Source: Auanema rhodensis (lineage: Eukaryota; Animalia; Nematoda). Taken from it: a DNA stretch of 64,000 nucleotides. The translations under genes were made by a program, and so were the position numbers. The notes beneath the pieces were generated by a model. It saw nothing but the letters and a program-made list of their open reading frames with translations. It was not told the origin of the DNA and made no database searches. The stretch lies in assembly GCA_964057225.1 (NCBI GenBank), contig OZ059900.1, forward strand, positions 23,312,001 to 23,376,000. The letters run 5' to 3'. Shown here piece by piece: positions 55,001-64,000 of this stretch. Every line of letters begins with the position of its first letter. Within the stretch, counting starts at the first letter, position 1.

Positions 55001-58000
55001 CATTTTACATGCTGAACACTAGAAAAATACAAAAACACAGTATTTCCCATGAGAAATATTTTATTATGCTGGAAAACCAGTTTTTGGAAATTTCGCTGTA
55101 AACAAGGTTTTGACTTACGATTTCATGTGTTCAAACTCATGCAATGTCAATGAAACCTAGCTCAAAATTGTTCGTACAACGTCTAGTTCCACTTTCACGA
55201 CAAAAAAACAGGGGTTAGAAAATTAAGGAAATTAGCATATTCTGAGGGCACGCCCCTTATGGCTAATATTGATTAAATCGATTTTTGTTCATATGAGTCG
55301 TCAAATGCAACGAATTTTAGCGTGTTACATACTAAAATGAAGCATTTTACATGCTGAACACTAGAAAAATACAAAAACACAGTATTTCCCATGAGAAATA
55401 TTTTATTATGCTGGAAAACCAGTTTTTGGAAATTTCGCTGTAAACAAGGTTTTGACTTACGATTTCATGTGTTCAAACTCATGCAATGTCAATGAAACCT
55501 AGCTCAAAATTGTTCGTACAACGTCTAGTTCCACTTTCACGACAAAAAAACAGGGGTTAGAAAATTAAGGAAATTAGCATATTCTGAGGGCACGCCCCTT
55601 ATGGCTAATATTGATTAAATCGATTTTTGTTCATATGAGTCGTCAAATGCAACGAATTTCAGCGTGTTACATACTGAAATGAAGCATTTAACATGCTGAA
55701 CACTAGAAAAATACAAAAACACAGTATTTCCCACGAGAAATATTTTATTATGCTGGAAAACCAGTTTTTGGAAATTTCGCTGTAAACAAGGTTTTGACTT
55801 ACGATTTCATGTGTTCAAACTCATGCAATGTCAATGAAACCTAGCTCAAAATTGTTCGTACAACGTCTAGTTCCACTTTCACGACAAAAAAACAGGGGTT
55901 AGAAAATTAAGGAAATTAGCATATTCTGAGGGCACGCCCCATATGGCTAATATTGATTAAATCGATTTTTGTTCATATGAGTCGTCAAATGCAACGAATT
56001 TCAGCGTGTTACATACTAAAATGAAGCATTTTACATGCTGAACACCAGAAAAATACAAAAACACAGTATTTCCCATGAGAAATATTTTATTATGCTGGAA
56101 AACCAGTTTTTGGAAATTTCGCTGTAAACAAGGCTTTGACTTACGATTTCATGTGTTCAAACTCATGCAATGTCAATGAAACCTAGCTCAAAATTGTTCG
56201 TACAACGTCTAGTTCCACTTTCACGACAAAAAAAAACAGGGGTTAGAAAATTAAGGAAATTAGCATATTCTGAGGGCACGCCCCTTATGGCTAATATTGA
56301 TTAAATCGATTTTTGTTCATATGAGTCGTCAAATGCAACGAATTTCAGCGTGTTACATACTAAAATGAAGCATTTTACATGCTGAACACTAGAAAAATAC
56401 AAAAACACAGTATTTCCCATGAGAAATATTTTATTATGCTGGAAAACCAGTTTTTGGAAATTTCGCTGTAAACAAGGTTTTGACTTACGATTTCATGTGT
56501 TCAAACTCATGCAATGTCAATGAAACCTAGCTCAAAACTGTTCGTACAACGTCTAGTTCCACTTTCACGACAAAAAAACAGGGGTTAGAAAATTAAGGAA
56601 ATTAGCATATTCTGAGGGCACGCCCCTTATGGCTAATATTGATTAAATCGATTTTTGTTCATATGAGTCGTCAAATGCAACGAATTTCAGCGTGTTACAT
56701 ACTAAAATGAAGCATTTTACATGCTGAACACTAGAAAAATACAAAAACACAGTTTTTCCCATGAGAAATATTTTATTATGCTGGAAAACCAGTTTTTGGA
56801 ATTTTCGCTGTAAACAAGGTTTTGACTTACGATTTCATGTGTTCAAACTCATGCAATGTCAATGAAACCTAGCTCAAAATTGTTTGTACAACGTCTAGTT
56901 CCACTTTCACGACAAAAAAACAGGGGTTAGAAAATTTAGGAAATTAGCATATTCTGAGGGCACGCCCCTTATGGCTAATATTGATTAAATCGATTTTTGT
57001 TCATATGAGTCGTCAAATGCAACGAATTTCAGCGTGTTACATACTAAAATGAAGCATTTAACATGCTGAACACTAGAAAAATACAAAAACACAGTATTTC
57101 CCACGAGAAATATTTTATTATGCTGGAAAACCAGTTTTTGGAAATTTCGCTGTAAACAAGGTTTTGACTTACGATTTCATGTGTTCAAACTCATGCAATG
57201 TCAATGAAACCTAGCTCAAAATTGTTCGTACAACGTCTAGTTCCACTTTCACGACAAAAAAACAGGGGTTAGAAAATTAAGGAAATTAGCATATTCTGAG
57301 GGCACGCCCCTTATGGCTAATATTGATTAAATCGATTTTTGTTCATATGAGTCGTCAAATGCAACGAATTTCAGCGTGTTACATACTAAAATGAAGCATT
57401 TTACATGCTGAACACTAGAAAAATACAAAAACACATTATTTCCCATGAGAAATATTTTATTATGCTGGAAAACCAGTTTTTGGAAATTTCGCTGTAAACA
57501 AGGTTTTGACTTACGATTTCATGTGTTCAAACTCATGCAATGTCAATGAAACCTAGCTCAAAATTGTTCGTACAACGTCTAGTTCCACTTTCACGACAAA
57601 AAAACAGGGGTTAGAAAATTAAGGAAATTAGCATATTCTGAGGGCACGCCCCTTATGGCTAATATTGATTAAATCGATTTTTGTTCATATGAGTCGTCAA
57701 ATGCAACGAATTTCAGCGTGTTACATACTAAAATGAAGCATTTTACATGCTGAACACTAGAAAAATACAAAAACACAGTATTTCCCATGAGAAATATTTT
57801 ATTATGCTGGAAAACCAGTTTTTGGAAATTTCGCTGTAAACAAGGTTTTGACTTACGATTTCATGTGTTCAAACTCATGCAATGTCAATGAAACCTAGCT
57901 CAAAATTGTTCGTACAACGTCTAGTTCCACTTTCACGACAAAAAAACAGGGGTTAGAAAATTAAGGAAATTAGCATATTCTGAGGGCACGCCCCTTATGG

Positions 58001-61000
58001 CTAATATTGATTAAATCGATTTTTGTTCATATGAGTCGTCAAATGCAACGAATTTCGGCGTGTTACATACTAAAATGAACCATTTTACATGCTGAACACT
58101 AGAGAAATACAAAAACACAGTATTTCCCACGAGAAATATTTTATTATGCTGGAAAACCAGTTTTTGGAAATTTCGCTGTAAACAAGGTTTTGACTTACGA
58201 TATCATGTGTTCAAACTCATGCAATGTCAATGAAACCTAGCTCAAAATTGTTCGTACAACGTCTAGTTCCACTTTCACGACAAAAAAACAGGGGTTAGAA
58301 AATTAAGGAAATTAGCATATTCTGAGGGCACGCCCCTTATGGCTAATATTGATTAAATCGATTTTTGTTCATATGAGTCGTCAAATGCAACGAATTTCGG
58401 CGTGTTACATACTAAAATGAACCATTTTACATGCTGAACACTAGAGAAATACAAAAACACAGTATTTCCCACGAGAAATATTTTATTATGCTGGAAAACC
58501 AGTTTTTGGAAATTTCGCTGTAAACAAGGTTTTGACTTACGATATCATGTGTTCAAACTCATGCAATGTCAATGAAACCTAGCTCAAAATTGTTCGTACA
58601 ACGTCTAGTTCCACTTTCACGACAAAAAAACAGGGGTTAGAAAATTAAGGAAATTAGCATATTCTGAGGGCACGCCCCTTATGGCTAATATTGATTAAAT
58701 CGATTTTTGTTCATATGAGTCGTCAAATGCAACGAATTTCAGCGTGTTACATACTAAAATGAAGCATTTTACATGCTGAACACTAGAAAAATACAAAAAC
58801 ACAGTATTTCCCATGAGAAATATTTTATTATGCTGGAAAACCAGTTTTTGGAAATTTCGCTGTAAACAAGGTTTTGACTTACGATTTCATGTGTTCAAAC
58901 TCATGCAATGTCAATGAAACCTAGCTCAAAATTGTTCGTACAACGTCTAGTTCCACTTTCACGACAAAAAAACAGGGGTTAGAAAATTAAGGAAATTAGC
59001 ATATTCTGAGGGCACGCCCCTTATGGCTAATATTGATTAAATCGATTTTTGTTCATATGAGTCGTCAAATGCAACGAATTTTAGCGTGTTACATACTAAA
59101 ATGAAGCATTTTACATGCTGAACACTAGAAAAATACAAAAACACAGTATTTCCCATGAGAAATATTTTATTATGCTGGAAAACCAGTTTTTGGAAATTTC
59201 GCTGTAAACAAGGCTTTGACTTACGATTTCATGTGTTCAAACTCATGCAATGTCAATGAAACCTAGCTCAAAATTGTTCGTACAACGTCTAGTTCCACTT
59301 TCACGACAAAAAAACAGGGGTTAGAAAATTTAGGAAATTAGCATATTCTGAGGGCACGCCCCTTATGGCTAATATTGATTAAATCGATTTTTGTTCATAT
59401 GAGTCGTCAAATGCAACGAATTTCAGCGTGTTACATACTAAAATGAAGCATTTAACATGCTGAACACTAGAAAAATACAAAAACACAGTATTTCCCACGA
59501 GAAATATTTTATTATGCTGGAAAACCAGTTTTTGGAAATTTCGCTGTAAACAAGGTTTTGACTTACGATTTCATGTGTTCAAACTCATGCAATGTCAATG
59601 AAACCTAGCTCAAAATTGTTCGTACAACGTCTAGTTCCACTTTCACGACAAAAAAACAGGGGTTAGAAAATTAAGGAAATTAGCATATTCTGAGGGCACG
59701 CCCCTTATGGCTAATATTGATTAAATCGATTTTTGTTCATATGAGTCGTCAAATGCAACGAATTTCAGCGTGTTACATACTAAAATGAAGCATTTTACAT
59801 GCTGAACACTAGAAAAATACAAAAACACATTATTTCCCATGAGAAATATTTTATTATGCTGGAAAACCAGTTTTTGGAAATTTCGCTGTAAACAAGGTTT
59901 TGACTTACGATTTCATGTGTTCAAACTCATGCAATGTCAATGAAACCTAGCTCAAAATTGTTCGTACAACGTCTAGTTCCACTTTCACGACAAAAAAACA
60001 GGGGTTAGAAAATTAAGGAAATTAGCATATTCTGAGGGCACGCCCCTTATGGCTAATATTGATTAAATCGATTTTTGTTCATATGAGTCGTCAAATGCAA
60101 CGAATTTCAGCGTGTTACATACTAAAATGAAGCATTTTACATGCTGAACACTAGAAAAATACAAAAACACAGTATTTCCCATGAGAAATATTTTATTATG
60201 CTGGAAAACCAGTTTTTGGAAATTTCGCTGTAAACAAGGTTTTGACTTACGATTTCATGTGTTCAAACTCATGCAATGTCAATGAAACCTAGCTCAAAAT
60301 TGTTCGTACAACGTCTAGTTCCACTTTCACGACAAAAAAACAGGGGTTAGAAAATTAAGGAAATTAGCATATTCTGAGGGCACGCCCCTTATGGCTAATA
60401 TTGATTAAATCGATTTTTGTTCATATGAGTCGTCAAATGCAACGAATTTCGGCGTGTTACATACTAAAATGAACCATTTTACATGCTGAACACTAGAGAA
60501 ATACAAAAACACAGTATTTCCCACGAGAAATATTTTATTATGCTGGAAAACCAGTTTTTGGAAATTTCGCTGTAAACAAGGTTTTGACTTACGATATCAT
60601 GTGTTCAAACTCATGCAATGTCAATGAAACCTAGCTCAAAATTGTTCGTACAACGTCTAGTTCCACTTTCACGACAAAAAAACAGGGGTTAGAAAATTAA
60701 GGAAATTAGCATATTCTGAGGGCACGCCCCTTATGGCTAATATTGATTAAATCGATTTTTGTTCATATGAGTCGTCAAATGCAACGAATTTCGGCGTGTT
60801 ACATACTAAAATGAACCATTTTACATGCTGAACACTAGAGAAATACAAAAACACAGTATTTCCCACGAGAAATATTTTATTATGCTGGAAAACCAGTTTT
60901 TGGAAATTTCGCTGTAAACAAGGTTTTGACTTACGATATCATGTGTTCAAACTCATGCAATGTCAATGAAACCTAGCTCAAAATTGTTCGTACAACGTCT

Positions 61001-64000
61001 AGTTCCACTTTCACGACAAAAAAACAGGGGTTAGAAAATTAAGGAAATTAGCATATTCTGAGGGCACGCCCCTTATGGCTAATATTGATTAAATCGATTT
61101 TTGTTCATATGAGTCGTCAAATGCAACGAATTTCAGCGTGTTACATACTAAAATGAAGCATTTTACATGCTGAACACTAGAAAAATACAAAAACACAGTA
61201 TTTCCCATGAGAAATATTTTATTATGCTGGAAAACCAGTTTTTGGAAATTTCGCTGTAAACAAGGTTTTGACTTACGATTTCATGTGTTCAAACTCATGC
61301 AATGTCAATGAAACCTAGCTCAAAATTGTTCGTACAACGTCTAGTTCCACTTTCACGACAAAAAAACAGGGGTTAGAAAATTAAGGAAATTAGCATATTC
61401 TGAGGGCACGCCCCTTATGGCTAATATTGATTAAATCGATTTTTGTTCATATGAGTCGTCAAATGCAACGAATTTTAGCGTGTTACATACTAAAATGAAG
61501 CATTTTACATGCTGAACACTAGAAAAATACAAAAACACAGTATTTCCCATGAGAAATATTTTATTATGCTGGAAAACCAGTTTTTGGAAATTTCGCTGTA
61601 AACAAGGCTTTGACTTACGATTTCATGTGTTCAAACTCATGCAATGTCAATGAAACCTAGCTCAAAATTGTTCGTACAACGTCTAGTTCCACTTTCACGA
61701 CAAAAAAACAGGGGTTAGAAAATTAAGGAAATTAGCATATTCTGAGGGCACGCCCCTTATGGCTAATATTGATTAAATCGATTTTTGTTCATATGAGTCG
61801 TCAAATGCAACGAATTTTAGCGTGTTACATACTAAAATGAAGCATTTTACATGCTGAACACTAGAAAAATACAAAAACACAGTATTTCCCATGAGAAATA
61901 TTTTATTATGCTGGAAAACCAGTTTTTGGAAATTTCGCTGTAAACAAGGCTTTGACTTACGATTTCATGTGTTCAAACTCATGCAATGTCAATGAAACCT
62001 AGCTCAAAATTGTTCGTACAACGTCTAGTTCCACTTTCACGACAAAAAAAACAGGGGTTAGAAAATTAAGGAAATTAGCATATTCTGAGGGCACGCCCCT
62101 TATGGCTAATATTGATTAAATCGATTTTTGTTCATATGAGTCGTCAAATGCAACGAATTTCAGCGTGTTACATACTAAAATGAAGCATTTTACATGCTGA
62201 ACACTAGAAAAATACAAAAACACAGTATTTCCCATGAGAAATATTTTATTATGCTGGAAAACCAGTTTTTGGAAATTTCGCTGTAAACAAGGCTTTGACT
62301 TACGATTTCATGTGTTCAAACTCATGCAATGTCAATGAAACCTAGCTCAAAATTGTTCGTACAACGTCTAGTTCCACTTTCACGACAAAAAAAACAGGGG
62401 TTAGAAAATTAAGGAAATTAGCATATTCTGAGGGCACGCCCCTTATGGCTAATATTGATTAAATCGATTTTTGTTCATATGAGTCGTCAAATGCAACGAA
62501 TTTCAGCGTGTTACATACTAAAATGAAGCATTTTACATGCTGAACACTAGAAAAATACAAAAACACAGTATTTCCCATGAGAAATATTTTATTATGCTGG
62601 AAAACCAGTTTTTGGAAATTTCGCTGTAAACAAGGTTTTGACTTACGATTTCATGTGTTCAAACTCATGCAATGTCAATGAAACCTAGCTCAAAATTGTT
62701 CGTACAACGTCTAGTTCTACTTTCACGACAAAAAAACAGGGGTTAGAAAATTAAGGAAATTAGCATATTCTGAGGGCACGCCCCTTATGGCTAATATTGA
62801 TTAAATCGATTTTTGTTCATATGAGTCGTCAAATGCAACGAATTTCAGCGTGTTACATACTAAAATGAAGCATTTTACATGCTGAACACTAGAAAAATAC
62901 AAAAACACAGTATTTCCCACGAGAAATATTTTATTATGCTGGAAAACCAGTTTTTGGAAATTTCGCTGTAAACAAGGTTTTGACTTACGATTTCATGTGT
63001 TCAAACTCATGCAATGTCAATGAAACCTAGCTCAAAATTGTTCGTACATCGTCTAGTTCCACTTTCACGACAAAAAAACAGGGGTTAGAAAATTAAGGAA
63101 ATTAGCATATTCTGAGGGCACGCCCCTTATGGCTAATATTGATTAAATCGATTTTTGTTCATATGAGTCGTCAAATGCAACGAATTTCAGCGTGTTACAT
63201 ACTAAAATGAAGCATTTTACATGCTGAACACTAGAAAAATACAAAAACACAGTATTTCCCACGAGAAATATTTTATTATGCTGGAAAACCAGTTTTTGGA
63301 AATTTCGCTGTAAACAAGGTTTTGACTTACGATTTCATGTGTTCAAACTCATGCAATGTCAATGAAACCTAGCTCAAAATTGTTCGTACAACGTCTAGTT
63401 CCACTTTCACGACAAAAAAACAGGGGTTAGAAAATTAAGGAAATTAGCATATTCTGAGGGCACGCCCCTTATGGCTAATATTGATTAAATCGATTTTTGT
63501 TCATATGAGTCGTCAAATGCAACGAATTTCAGCGTGTTACATACTAAAATGAAGCATTTTACATGCTGAACACTAGAAAAATACAAAAACACAGTATTTC
63601 CCATGAGAAATATTTTATTATGCTGGAAAACCAGTTTTTGGAAATTTCGCTGTAAACAAGGCTTTGACTTACGATTTCATGTGTTCAAACTCATGCAATG
63701 TCAATGAAACCTAGCTCAAAATTGTTCGTACAACGTCTAGTTCCACTTTCACGACAAAAAAAACAGGGGTTAGAAAATTAAGGGAATTAGCATATTCTGA
63801 GGGCACGCCCCTTATGGCTAATATTGATTAAATCGATTTTTGTTCATATGAGTCGTCAAATGCAACGAATTTCAGCGTGTTACATACTAAAATGAAGCAT
63901 TTTACATGCTGAACACCAGAAAAATACAAAAACACAGTATTTCCCATGAGAAATATTTTATTATGCTGGAAAACCAGTTTTTGGAAATTTCGCTGTAAAC
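52084..64000 (+). repeat. Satellite block 3, + orientation, about 35 monomers, continues beyond the window's right edge
   Basis: Same 342-bp monomer in + orientation. It carries reverse complements of variants seen in the distal part of block 2 (GATATC, GGCTTT, CACCAG, TTTAAC). Confidence 0.98.
56900..61700 (+). repeat. Tandem duplication of a 7-monomer unit (2394 bp)
   Basis: Offset 2394: 56937/59331 (ATTTAGG), 57436/59830 (ACATTATT), 59082/61476 (TTTTAGCG), 59214/61608 (GGCTTT). Paired GATATC-type monomers occur in both copies. Confidence 0.88.

Larger units (their letters stand above)
1..64000. repeat. Satellite DNA array, 342-bp monomer, about 187 copies, probably (peri)centromeric
   Basis: AAGCATTTTACATGCTGAAC recurs at 359, 701, 1043 and 1385 (342-bp spacing). 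Printed 60-nt lines recur every 3420 bp, i.e. 10 monomers (e.g. 1441, 4861, 8281). Hand count of the consensus gives 116 G+C in 342 bp (about 34%). No non-repeat sequence seen. The centromeric location is an inference from array size and homogeneity. Confidence 0.99.

Noticed and set aside
1-64000. Giant tandem-repeat protein ORF, since 342 bp is exactly 114 codons
   Set aside because: All six frames have stops in each consensus monomer. On +: TGA at 16-18, TAG at 23-25, TAA at 102-104. On -: TTA, CTA and TCA triplets start at positions 8, 22 and 126, covering all three frames.
1-64000. CRISPR array or other repeat-spacer system
   Set aside because: There are no unique spacers. The entire 342-bp unit is repeated and no cas or other genes are present.
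1-64000. Assignment to a named satellite family or species
   Set aside because: Satellites of about 340-360 bp occur in many insects and plants, and I do not recognise this sequence with confidence. A BLAST, Dfam or Repbase search is needed.

Overview
The whole 64-kb window is one highly homogeneous, AT-rich (about 34% GC by hand count) tandem satellite array with a 342-bp monomer, about 187 copies. Most copies differ from the consensus at only 0-5 positions. I found no genes, RNA genes, transposons or unique sequence, and all six reading frames of the monomer contain stops. This looks like eukaryotic centromeric or pericentromeric satellite DNA, but I cannot identify the species or satellite family from the sequence alone. 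The array switches orientation twice, at 1421/1422 and 52083/52084, giving blocks of about 4 (+), 148 (-) and 35 (+) monomers. Shared private SNPs show its history. The left switch is the centre of a variant-perfect palindrome with arms of about 0.8-0.87 kb and a 116-bp spacer. The right switch is not mirrored locally, but an 11-monomer haplotype string is present in inverted form on both sides. Nested duplications of 3, 4, 5, 7, 16 and 22 monomers form young higher-order repeats. The monomer is rich in short dyad symmetries and shows no CpG depletion. I see no evidence of a new protein-coding system; what is interesting is the array architecture. '+' means the orientation AAGCATTTTACATGCTGAAC..., and monomer positions refer to the reference copy 701-1042.
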